A DNA stretch of 61,750 nucleotides, the filler included, from Chthonomonadaceae bacterium (GTDB lineage Bacteria > Armatimonadota > Chthonomonadetes > Chthonomonadales > Chthonomonadaceae): assembly GCA_035650735.1 (NCBI GenBank). It is 3 parts of 3 records of this genome, joined end to end, with 100 filler letters (N's around TTAATTAATTAA, not from the genome) between each part and the next. Parts side by side here need not be neighbours in the genome. Positions count along the whole stretch, not along the records: positions 1 to 30,830 come from DASRGZ010000066.1; positions 30,931 to 50,398 come from DASRGZ010000068.1; 1 more part is not named here. The stretch is one strand, 5' to 3'. Position numbers and translations under genes: made by a program. Positions 28,401 through 37,829 of the stretch are shown here, piece by piece; position 1 is the stretch's first letter; every line of letters begins with the position of its first letter. The notes under the pieces are model-generated. The model saw nothing but the letters and a program-made list of their open reading frames with translations, did no database searches and was not told the origin of the DNA.

Positions 28401-30633
28401 ATATTGCCTAGTGTATCGTAAGAAAAGAGCGTATAGAACGTCTGCTGTCCATAGCTAGTCTGGCCGGGCAGAGGGCCGCTCATTTGCTGCAGCCAGCCCT
28501 GCGGCTCGGAGTAGGTAAAAGTGTACGGATTTTTCCCTCCCTCTTGAACCATAGTCAAGCGCCCTAACTGGAAGTTGTTATAGTTCCAGCCATAGGTTGT
28601 CGCTTGTCCACGCGGCGATATCACCGCCACCGGATTGCCGTATCTATCCCAGGTAAAGGTCGTGACGCCTTTATTCACTCCCCCGGAGGCGATGCCGTTG
28701 CCATCCTGGAAGAAGCTCGGGCGGTTGGGAGCATTAGCAGAACCATATGCCCAAAGAGCGATCAGGGTTGTGTTGTTGCCGTTGGCATCGGTAGCGCCGT
28801 TGGTTAGGCTCACGCGGCGCATGGCAGCATCATAGGTCGTCGTATAGGAGTAGACCAGGTTGCCCTGCGCATCCTTGATTTTCACCTGCGTCTGGTCGTT
28901 GCCAAGGTCGGTGTAGGTACGGCTGTAGCCATTGGCGTCCACGATGCCGGATACGTAGAGGCTCGAATTGTAATTGATAGTGGTCGTGCTGTTGCCGGTC
29001 CCTGTTGGCGAGGGAACAGTGATGGTGGACAACATTGATACCTGACTGAGGCTATTGGCATACGGATTGGCAAGGCTCTGGTAGCCATAGGTATAGCGCG
29101 CCGGCGGGTTGCTCGTGCCAGCGGCTACAATCTCAGAGACGAAGTTCAATTCGGAAAAGGAGCCGCTATATTGGGGCAGAGGAGCCGAGTAATTATAGTA
29201 GACGCTGCGGCCATAGTAATCGGTCACCGAAAGGATATGGCCCGTGCCATCGGCGGCCCGGTTGATGGTCAGTAAGGTTTCGCTGCTGCGCGCATCCGTA
29301 ATGCTTGCCAGCAGGGGGAAACCGCCTCCTGCATTGAGAGATTGCTGTGAGGAAGGGAAGCCGTAGTTGAAATTGATGGCGTATCCATTGCGGGGAACGA
29401 TCTGCGCTAACTGGTAGCACAGGGTCATGATAGCGTTAAATCCGATATCCTCGGTAAACTTGACGCACTTCGTGGTTATCAATTGGGTCTGGTCTGGCAA
29501 GGTGATGGTGTAGTGGCTGTTGAAGTGGCCGCTGGCATCGGCGGCATCATAATCCCACTCAATCAACAATCCGACCCCGTTATCAGGGGTGCAGGCCACG
29601 CTGGGGTGCGTAGCGGAGGGGACGTCGTTGGCAGTGAAGCGAACGCGAGAGCCGTTGGGCAAGATCAGGTATTTGGTACCTGTTTGTGGAGCGAAGTTGG
29701 CACTGCTGACGGTAAAGGCGCCGGAATGGGGATTGGGATCTCCGTACAGGTAGCGTATCTCATAACCCGAACTGGGCGCAGCCGTCATGGGGACGGTAAT
29801 CGTAGCTTTGGCAGCCGATCCCTGGAGAAAGGCGTCCCAGCCGTTTTTCGCTGCAGAGGAAGCGATCTGTGTGCCATTGAGCAGGATTTGCCAAGTCAGC
29901 CCACTGGGAGGCGCATTGCTGCCCAGGCAAGGTAGTGCAGGCCCGTTGTAGTCGCCCTGGGGTATCGTAGCCACAGGGAGGATATCAAAGACGCCAGAAA
30001 AGCTAACGCTATCAATATCCCGCCACCGCAGTTCGTAGTTATCGGCGATGGCGGCGTTGGCCGGAGGAGTGACCGTAAAGCCGGTGTCCTGTGGCGCAAC
30101 CGTAACTGACCAGCCACCGTTTGAGGCAGAACTGGCGATAGGGGTGCCATTGAACCAGATTTCCCATACAGCCGTACCAGGAATGCTTGGATCATTTCTG
30201 CCGGTAAAGCGTCCGGAATAAGATTGGGTACCGGGCCAAGTATGCATATTGATGCGGCTGTTGGGGTCATAGACTACGACATTATATGGATGCGACCAGC
30301 CGACGCCGAAATCATCCGACTCATAATGGACAGCCTGTCCCCGTAGGCTGTTATAGAAACGTTTCCAAATAATGGGCAGACCATGCCGATAGTAGACGAT
30401 GAGATCAGGAGCCGGAGAGTACTCCTCTTCTCCGGTAGCCAGGTTCACCGGATCGCCAGCGGAGGAACCAAACGGAGACCCGCTACCGTTACAGTCCATC
30501 GGGCACTGTGTCTCCGGAAGGCAATGGAGCGCGCTGGGAGGACTGGCGCAGTTAAACCCATCCGCTCCAGATCCTGCCAGGTAGTAAAAGATATGCTCCT
30601 TGAGCTGGAAAGGATCAGGCGCAGTAATCCCCA
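25424..30633 (-). CDS. Rhs/YD-repeat polymorphic toxin with pre-toxin Hint domain and ParB/Srx-like C-terminal tip; 5' end cut by an IS21-like element
   Basis: GDPVNLATGE...FGVGWSH (DUF6531-like), many YD repeats, core end RYYDPGTGRFLTRDPIG...NFLDPSGL, Hint CFVAGTLV...TPEH...VYNLEVEDDHTYFV...VWVHN-T, tip IIDGHYSYIAARLAG. Confidence 0.92.
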
Positions 30634-30830
30634 GGTCAGCCAACGTCCAGCGCCGGGGAAACGACCGTTTGCCGGCCTTTTTACGCCCACCTGAATAACG
30701 ACAAATAGATTTCCGCCCAAACGACAATTAGAACTCCCGCTGGCTTGCAGCGAATAGACTTGTTCCAGTCCATCGCAAGGAGACTGGAATGGTCACAGAT
30801 CAGCAAGTGAGGAGGCTTCTGTCGTTGAGC
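30634..30830 (+). mobile_element. IS21-family element left end and start of istA, truncated by the assembly gap
   Basis: Reiterated AACGAC(A/C) subterminal motifs; AAGGAG RBS then ATG at 30789 giving MVTDQQVRRLLSLS, an IstA-like N-terminus. Exact left boundary is approximate. Confidence 0.65.
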
Positions 30831-30930
30831 NNNNNNNNNNNNNNNNNNNNNNNNNNNNNNNNNNNNNNNNNNNNTTAATTAATTAANNNNNNNNNNNNNN
30901 NNNNNNNNNNNNNNNNNNNNNNNNNNNNNN
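30831..30930. other. Assembly gap / contig linker
   Basis: N-run containing TTAATTAATTAA (stops in all six frames). Confidence 0.98.
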
Positions 30931-31071
30931 CAGCCGCTGTCCCAAAGCCCTATGGCGTGCGGTCTGGCTGTTTGTGTATGCTTACAACACAAGACAGTTA
31001 AAGAAGCGGGCGAACCCGCAGTACCAGTATGCATTGGTTGATTGCCTACCTGCAATCAGTTAGACACTCCC
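30931..31071 (+). mobile_element. IS1-family transposase C-terminal remnant with element end
   Basis: SRCPKALWRAVWLFVYAYNTRQLKKRANPQYQYALVDCLPAIS* followed by TAGACACTCCC. Confidence 0.6.
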
Positions 31072-31078
31072 AACAAAG

Positions 31079-31190
31079 GGATACCGTTGGCGAATTCAGA
31101 ACCGGCTAGAATTGAACCTTACGCTTCCCCTCGGATCGAACAGCCGAATCTCACGTTGAGACGGCAATTACGAATTCGCTAATGGTATCC
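31079..31190. mobile_element. MITE-like element with 19-bp imperfect terminal inverted repeats
   Basis: GGATACCGTTGGCGAATTC ... GAATTCGCTAATGGTATCC; a third copy of the end lies at 36209-36228. Confidence 0.55.
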
Positions 31191-31286
31191 GAACCTTTCC
31201 GGTTGCACTTGCCACTCTTTTACTTTTCCACTTCTCCCCGCCTCTTGTTGTTACAAAAGCCGTTCCCGAATTCTATGTTACCGATA

Positions 31287-31315
31287 TTGACAGAACGCTG
31301 ACTTTCGGTTACAAT
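31287..31315 (+). promoter_or_regulatory. Sigma70 promoter of the resolvase gene
   Basis: TTGACA-17 nt-TACAAT upstream of an AAGGAG RBS. Confidence 0.75.
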
Positions 31316-31341
31316 CGGGCATTCCAAGCAAGGAGTGAACC

Positions 31342-31893
31342 ATGCTTGTCGGCTATGCGCGCGTATCCACTCAGGACCAGAACCTCGACTTACAAAAGGA
31401 TGCCTTGAAGCAGGCAGGATGCAAGCAAATCTTTGAAGATAAAACCAGTGGTGTGAAGACAGAACGGGAAGGCTTGATGAAAGCGTTCGCTCAGTTACGC
31501 GAAGGAGATACTCTTGTCGTCTGGAAGCTCGACCGGCTAGGCAGGAGTTTGAAGCATCTGGTGACAACCATTCATGCCCTTCAGGAGCAGGGCATTGAGT
31601 TCAAGAGCCTTCAGGAAAATCTCGACACGGGGAGTAGCGGGGGTAAACTCATTTTCCATATCTTCGCGGCGCTGGCAGAATTCGAGCGCGACATCATACG
31701 GGAGCGAACGCAGGCCGGGCTTTCGGCAGCGCGAGCCAGAGGACGACAGGGTGGCCGACCGAAAGGCAGGGATGTCACCAAGCGCGCGGCGGCGCTCGCC
31801 TTGAGCCAGGACAAGAACCGGTCGGTGACAGAAATCTGCAAGATGTTGAGCATCTCCCGCACCAGTTTTTATCGTTATACCAGCAGCCAGTAA
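31342..31893 (+). CDS. Serine recombinase (resolvase/invertase) with C-terminal HTH
   Basis: GYARVSTQDQ, LVVWKLDRLGRS, LAEFERDIIRERT, GGRPK, ISRTSFYRY. Confidence 0.96.
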   Translation: MLVGYARVSTQDQNLDLQKDALKQAGCKQIFEDKTSGVKTEREGLMKAFAQLREGDTLVVWKLDRLGRSLKHLVTTIHALQEQGIEFKSLQENLDTGSSGGKLIFHIFAALAEFERDIIRERTQAGLSAARARGRQGGRPKGRDVTKRAAALALSQDKNRSVTEICKMLSISRTSFYRYTSSQ

Positions 31894-31988
31894 GCCAGCC
31901 CTGTTCGGAATGTGTCTGCCTTTCTCGACGCTTTAGACGGGGGAAGCAATGAAGTGCGCGATAAGAAGACATTCAACAGCCGAGCTAA

Positions 31989-32915
31989 CAGTCTATCTCA
32001 AAAGTTGGCGGTGAGTTTGTCCAAGCGCCGGAACCAGAGCAATCCGCAGGCCAACTTCAGCACGGCCAGATAGTTGCTGGCCTTCTTTTCCCAGCGGATC
32101 AGAATGCCCCGACAACGGTTGAGCCAACCGAAGGTGCGCTCCACCACCCAACGCCGCGCCGGGAGCGTTTTCTGCGCGTCCGGGTCGCGTTTCTCCTCGC
32201 CAATGCGGCGAATGTGGGGTACCTATCCGGCCTCCCCAGCGGCCTGCTGTCCGGTCGGGTTGTCGCAGCCTTTGTCCAGACAGAGATGCTGGGGCGTCTG
32301 CTCGGTCGGTTGCGGACGCTCGACGACTACGGCCTCCAGCGTGGCAGCCAACAGTTGGCTATCGTCGACATTGGCTCCGGCGATGACGACGGCTAACGGC
32401 CCTCCGTCGGCTTCGACCAACAGGCTTTTCTGGACGCCTTGCTTACCACGATCCGTGGGGTTGTTGCCGAGGCATTCGTCTTGCGCCCCCTTTTAGGACT
32501 GCCCGGCGCTTTGCTCAGGCAGCCATCGGCGGCTTGCCAGTGCCAGTCTACGCCGTCGAGATCGCCACAGCGGGTCTGGATCCTGGCCCAGAACAGATCG
32601 AAGACGCCCGCCTGTTCCCAGCGCTGTTGGGTGCGATGCACACTGGCGTCATCGCCGAAGCGTTGGGGCAGTTGGTTCCACTGACAGCCGGTTCGCATCC
32701 GGTAGATCATGCCGTTGAGGGCTTTGCGGGCATCAATGCGTTTGCGTCCCATCCTCTTGGGCGGATCGTAGCGATCCAAGACGTAGGCGAAGAGTTCCCA
32801 GAGGGCATCGGGAACTTCCCAGATTGTAGGCAAGGGGGCAGCCGACATCGTTTTCTCCGGCAAACAAGGATGTCTCTATGGTCGGCTAACCCCAAACTCT
32901 TTTTGAGATAGACTG
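31989..32915 (-). mobile_element. IS5-family insertion sequence with inactivated transposase
   Basis: Perfect 15-bp IRs CAGTCTATCTCAAAA / TTTTGAGATAGACTG with TAA target duplication; orfA RTGCQWNQLP, AAAAGGGGG frameshift site, orfB NPTDRGK...LCLDKG...RWVVERTFGWL with a premature TAG at 32223. Confidence 0.92.
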
Positions 32916-32919
32916 TAAG

Positions 32920-34399
32920 CTAGACTTTGTCCATGCGCCTGGGCTCAGGCGGCATAACATAAGGTCTCGGTCATTCTATCCATCAGCAGGTCTACGACTT
33001 TTGCGCTGTCGCTGGATTCACCCGACATCCCAAAAGTCGTTTCCCGCCAGAGATGGGAGCGTACCAATGCCAGCGTGTCCGAGAACGTCGCCTGTTGTTT
33101 CGGATACCAACGGGCTTGGCGAACCCACAGACCGTTCTGCTCCATCAGAGGCTTGGCAAACAAGGTGATCAGCGAAAACAGGCCCAACAAGACCGGGGGC
33201 GTCCGGTCAATCGCCCGCTCGCTCCATTGGCGTTGGGTTTCCCCCCTAGGTGTGTGCGCACTTCCTGGAAACTCACCTCCAACTGCCAGCGCAAAACGAA
33301 CCAGGACAGGATTTGCGCCGGGTCGGCCGATAGGTCGGTACACAACAGCGCCTGGGGCGTAAACTTGCCGTGCGGGTCGCGCACCAAGACAAAGCGGATA
33401 GGCACGACCAGACCGTGATTATACCAGACACAACAGGACGAGACAATCTCGACGTCGCGGTCGCGTTGGCTATACCTGCGCGCCACCCGCACACAGGTCC
33501 ACGGCGTGTTCGGGTCAGCGGCGACCTGTTCCAGGGTAGGAAGGCGCGCACCTTTGACCCGCGGACGCCCACTTTTGCCCGACCCCTTGGGCGGTTGGGG
33601 CGGTGCCGGGGCATCCAAGCCAGCATCCAGACGCAACCGGGTCACAACGGTTATCTGCTGTTGCACCGCGCTCCGCAGCAGTTCCAGGACGCTGTAGCTG
33701 CCATCCCCGACAAAGAGGAGCGACCGGTCGGGCAGCCAGCGGCGTACCTGCACAAGCATCTGACCTGTCCAGACCGACAGGGTTTTGTGCCGCTTCTTGT
33801 GTTCTTGATGGGAGCGCTCCGAAGGCGCCAGTACAGCAAAGAACGGCAGGCCCCAGACCCGCCCGGCCCAGGGGATGGGAACCAGGAGCATGAATACGAT
33901 CCAGCGTAAGCCACTGGACTTGACAAAGAAGCTCTTGCTGGAGCGGGCGCTATCCTTATAGATGCCCTTCTTGGCGATCTTGCTGCCGCGACGGCGCTCC
34001 AGGGTTTCGTCGCCGCCGATAAGGAGCGGACCGTCGGGCGCGAAAGTTTCGACCAACAAATGCAGTAGCAGGCAGGCGGCCTTTCGAGCGGACCAGTGCG
34101 CCCGGTTGAGGACGCGATGATAGTCCTGAGAGACCGGCGTCTGGGATAAGCCCATCACGCGCAGCGCCGAAGCGACGGTGCGTCGGCCCGGTGTCAAGAC
34201 CGCTCCGACGAGCAAGACTTGCGCGTGGGCAAAGACGGAGCGCGAGAATCATGGCGCAAAAGACACAAGAACCGCTATAATAGGTTCGGGCAGAGTAAGC
34301 ATGGCAGACCTTTCTTGGCGGGAAGATCAATACCATAGCTTACCTGCTCTTCTGTTTATTTTAGGATTTGGGGTACAGCCCCAAATGGACAAAGTCTAG
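32920..34399 (-). mobile_element. IS701-like (DDE_5) insertion sequence, transposase pseudogene 32945-34302
   Basis: Ends CTAGACTTTGTCCAT / ATGGACAAAGTCTAG (CTAG probably the target duplication); MLTLPEPIIAVLVSFAP*...GGDETLERRRG...FVLRWQLEVSFQEVRTHLG, with an early TGA and a frameshift near 33240. Confidence 0.85.
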
Positions 34400-34437
34400 G
34401 TAAGAACTGAGCCGCCAAAAAGCGTTCCACACTATAC

Positions 34438-34710
34438 CTACGTGGTTGGCGGCTCGTTCTCTGCACCGACTGGTTCGAGCGCATTACTGCCTTGCAGTGA
34501 GGCTGCATTTTGACAAAGTGTTGCCAACTCCTCTTCGTACATGAGAGCGTCGAACTGATTTCCAGCCGAGTCGGTGAAGGTGACTTCATAAGCAGGCGGC
34601 TCAATGTCATATAATGCCCAGATAATCCCTTCTGCCCCGGCTTTCAATCCAGAAACGGAGTGGTCGTATCTTAACGCGACACGTTCTCCTTCACGATACT
34701 TGAAGATCAT
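34438..34710 (-). CDS. DUF4926-like small protein, candidate immunity protein
   Basis: GERVALRYD...GLKAGAEGII...PPAYEVTFTD; start overlaps the upstream stop (ATGA). Confidence 0.75.
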   Translation of the reverse strand: MIFKYREGERVALRYDHSVSGLKAGAEGIIWALYDIEPPAYEVTFTDSAGNQFDALMYEEELATLCQNAASLQGSNALEPVGAENEPPTT

Positions 34711-36065
34711 TTCAAGTATCCTATCTTTCTGCCGAACTCCTGTGCCGTCGCAGGAATGCTATCCACTTCACCCCTGAAAAAACGTGCTCGTTCAAGGTTG
34801 TACAAGCGGGCCAACTCAGCATTCGTTCCAACAGTTCGTCCTGCAACAGCCTCATATGCACGCGCTGCGACTGCTCTTTGTTCTGCACTCATGAGCGCTA
34901 ATTTTGAATTATCTCGGATAGCATCAACGGCGAGCGTTTTGTACTCTCCAGGCAGCATTCGGCGGATGATTTCACCCGGCGCGGTCTTTGCTATCTCTTC
35001 CGCGCTCAAGATTTCCGGCACGCAGCCGCCGCCATTGTGAACAAGCAGACGGTTCTTGCCGACGAAGAAGTTCTCCGTTCCCTCTACTTTGAGGTTGTAG
35101 ACCATCTTCCGCTCGGCTTTGACCTCCAGGCTTTGGACGGCAACGATCTTGCCATCCTCCGTTTTAATGAGGGCGCCCGGTTGCAAGCGTCCTGCCTGCA
35201 CCCAGCCCTTGCCCTCGATGCTGAAGGGATGCTCTGGCGTCGTTTCGATAGTTTCCCCGTCTGTATGCAGGTACAGAATACGATCCGTCATGCGCCGGGT
35301 TGTGCCGATGACACGACTGATGACATTGCCATTTTCGTCGGGGATGGACGGCGGAGGCGGGGTGTACCATTTAGTTTGGACCTTCTTCACGAGAGCGATG
35401 TAGTCGCCTTTCATGTGAATACGGTCGCCGGGTTTAAGTTCTCTGGCTTGCTTGGCGATTCCACTGGTAAGCGCGGCGATCTTATCCGCCGGAACAATCA
35501 GCGTCTCATCAAAAGTATCGCCACCTTGCGACAGGTCGAGTTCCAGCGTGGTTTCTTCGCGAGTATATTGTGCGCGGAGATCGTTCCGGCGGGCAGTTCG
35601 GTCGAGTTCCAGCGTGGTTTCTTCGCGAGGCTTGGGAGAAGGCGGCTTGACAGGAACCAGTTCCTCTTTCGTCTCTGTGACAAGGTTGGGCTTGATGCTC
35701 TTGACGATCATCCACTTGCCGTTGTGCCAAACCTTGTCGCCTTCGTTGAGTTGGTCGGCCCGTTTCCAACCCCCGCCTTCGCTCACCATCTGGATTTCCT
35801 GCTCTTGATGCAGGGGAGAAGGCAAGGGAGCAATCTCAGAAAAAGAGAGGGGAGTGCCAGCGGCGAAAGCCGCAGGTTGTGCAGGAGCCACAGGCGCAGA
35901 GTGAGCAGGCACGAACTTCCAAGCCAGCGCGAAGACGGTTAAGAGGAGAAGAGCAACCGAGCCTGCCAGCCACTTTATGGGCAGGCGAGAAGCAGAAGAA
36001 GAAGCAGACACGGGCTTTGTGGCAACGGAAAGCGCACGTTGGACGCGACGACGGGCCGAGGACAT
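34707..36065 (-). CDS. Membrane-anchored protein with atypical Hint domain and unknown C-terminal (toxin-like) domain
   Basis: AAGGAG RBS before MSSARRR; TM WLAGSVALLLLTVFALAW; Hint motifs IETTPEHPF...GWVQAGRLQPG...VYNLKVEGTENFFVG...LLVHN; ~108-aa tip follows. Confidence 0.85.
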   Translation of the reverse strand: MSSARRRVQRALSVATKPVSASSSASRLPIKWLAGSVALLLLTVFALAWKFVPAHSAPVAPAQPAAFAAGTPLSFSEIAPLPSPLHQEQEIQMVSEGGGWKRADQLNEGDKVWHNGKWMIVKSIKPNLVTETKEELVPVKPPSPKPREETTLELDRTARRNDLRAQYTREETTLELDLSQGGDTFDETLIVPADKIAALTSGIAKQARELKPGDRIHMKGDYIALVKKVQTKWYTPPPPSIPDENGNVISRVIGTTRRMTDRILYLHTDGETIETTPEHPFSIEGKGWVQAGRLQPGALIKTEDGKIVAVQSLEVKAERKMVYNLKVEGTENFFVGKNRLLVHNGGGCVPEILSAEEIAKTAPGEIIRRMLPGEYKTLAVDAIRDNSKLALMSAEQRAVAARAYEAVAGRTVGTNAELARLYNLERARFFRGEVDSIPATAQEFGRKIGYLK

Positions 36066-36613
36066 GACAGCAACTCCTTTCTTCCATGCGGATCGAGACA
36101 TGTACCGGGCTTTGCTTCCCATTCGACTTTCCGCAATCTGTTTCCTTCTGTCTCGGACAGAAGGATTGCATGGCAATGCCCGTTCTTGGACTCTCAGAAC
36201 CCAGCTTGCTGAATTCGCCAACGGTATCTGTAGGTAATCGCTCCCAACGGTGTTGACGTATCTCCTCAGTAGCAGGCTGCGTGAGATTGATCCACACGGC
36301 TGGGAGTGTCTACCAAAATGTATTGCTGGCTGGTAAATTCGCAGGCAAGTTAGCAGGCCAGGCTGGGTGGAGCGGCAGGCTGGATCCGTAAAAGAGCGCA
36401 CGGCCCTGTCCGCGTTTTTGCTTGCCTGTGCCGCCGTTTCCTCTTCTAGCAATCCGTGTCTAAGCCAGCGCAACCAGGAGCCTGTTCGCATGTTTCCGCT
36501 CCTTTTTGGGGTAGACTAAACAGCATACCATCTACGGCTTTTCTATGCGCACGCGAGCATCACAAGCTTGCGATTGCGCCTGACGGACGAGAAATTATTA
36601 GAAAGGACGAACG

Positions 36614-37648
36614 ATGAAGGTTGGCATACTCACTGGCGGCGGAGACTGCCCGGGGCTCAACCCGGCGATCCGCGGCTTTGTGATGCAGGGATTGGACTAC
36701 GAGTTTGAGATATGGGGCATCCTCGAAGGTTGGAAGGGATTGGTGCAGGGCATCGTGGAAGACAAGCCCCTGACGGTCGAGCGCGTCGAAGAGATCATCT
36801 CGCAGGGCGGCACCATCCTGCGCTCTTCCCGCACTAACCCCTATAAGAACCCGGAGCAGTTGCAGGCGGTCAAGGAGAACATCCGGAAGTATAGGTTTGA
36901 CGTCATCGTCGCGCTGGGCGGCGAGGATACGCTGGGCGTGGCCAGCAAGCTCTGGAGGGACGGCATCCCCACCGTGGGCATCCCCAAGACGATGGATAAC
37001 GACCTGAGCGAGACGGACTACACGTTCGGGTTCGATTCGTCGGTTCAGGTTGCGACCGACGCGGTGGACCGGCTGCGCGACACGGCCAAATCACACAGCC
37101 GCGTGATCGTGCTGGAAGTGATGGGGCGGCACGCCGGCTGGGTGGCGCTCTACACGGGCATCGCGGGCGGGGCGGATTGGATCCTGCTACCCGAAGAGCC
37201 GCTGGACATGGAGGCGATGTGCGCCCACCTCAAGGCCGTGCGGGCGCGCGGCAAGAACTACAGCATTGTGGTCGCCTCCGAGGGGGTGGAGCTTCCGCAC
37301 GTGGATGAGTCGAAGGCGGAGCTGGATGCGTTCGGCCATGTGATCCTGGGCGAGCGCAACGTCGGCGAGTACATCGCTCAAGAGATCGAGAAGCGCACCG
37401 AGATCGAGACGCGCTCGGCGGTCATCGGCCATATACAGCGCGGCGGCTCGCCAACCGCCTTTGACCGCGTGCTGGCCTCGCGCCTGGGCATCCGGGCGGC
37501 GCAGTGCGTCCACGAGAGGGACTTCGGCAAGATGGTCGCCCTGCACGGCACCGAGGTCGTCCCCGTCCCAATAGAGAAGGCGGTCGGCACGCTACGCACC
37601 GTTCCCCACGAACTCTACGCCAGCATCAAAACCCTCTTCAACAAATAA
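36614..37648 (+). CDS. pfkA: 6-phosphofructokinase (group III-like)
   Basis: TGGGDCPGLN, LGGEDT, PKTMDNDL, TFGFD, EVMGRHAGWVA, GHIQRGG. Confidence 0.95.
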   Translation: MKVGILTGGGDCPGLNPAIRGFVMQGLDYEFEIWGILEGWKGLVQGIVEDKPLTVERVEEIISQGGTILRSSRTNPYKNPEQLQAVKENIRKYRFDVIVALGGEDTLGVASKLWRDGIPTVGIPKTMDNDLSETDYTFGFDSSVQVATDAVDRLRDTAKSHSRVIVLEVMGRHAGWVALYTGIAGGADWILLPEEPLDMEAMCAHLKAVRARGKNYSIVVASEGVELPHVDESKAELDAFGHVILGERNVGEYIAQEIEKRTEIETRSAVIGHIQRGGSPTAFDRVLASRLGIRAAQCVHERDFGKMVALHGTEVVPVPIEKAVGTLRTVPHELYASIKTLFNK

Positions 37649-37664
37649 AATCAAACAAACCTTT

Positions 37665-37806
37665 CAACAGGATGAACAGGATGATTCAGGATTAAACAGG
37701 ATTTCAAAACCCACCTAACCAACCGAGTGCCTATGCTTGCTTTCCTCATTGGTTTTGGCTTTTGTCTTCATCCTGTAAATCCGGAGTAATCCTGTTCATC
37801 CTGTTG
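37665..37806. repeat. AACAGGAT/ATCCTGTT palindromic repeat element (intergenic)
   Basis: Left arm of tandem (A)ACAGGAT units, right arm of ATCCTGT units; right arm 36/37 identical to 45304-45340. Confidence 0.88.
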
Positions 37807-37829
37807 GAATCGGTTTTGGGAGGTGGACG

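Noticed and set aside
30831..30930. TTAATTAATTAA palindrome here and in the gap at 50399-50498
   Set aside because: Artificial six-frame-stop contig linker inside N-runs; not biological.
35534..35629. 30-bp perfect direct repeat with a 36-bp spacer (CRISPR-like spacing)
   Set aside because: In-frame coding duplication (REETTLELD twice) inside the Hint protein; only two copies, not palindromic, no cas genes.
36066..36491. 142-aa N-terminal extension of the Hint ORF in the ORF track
   Set aside because: Overlaps repeat ends and looks non-coding; a good AAGGAG RBS precedes the ATG at 36065.
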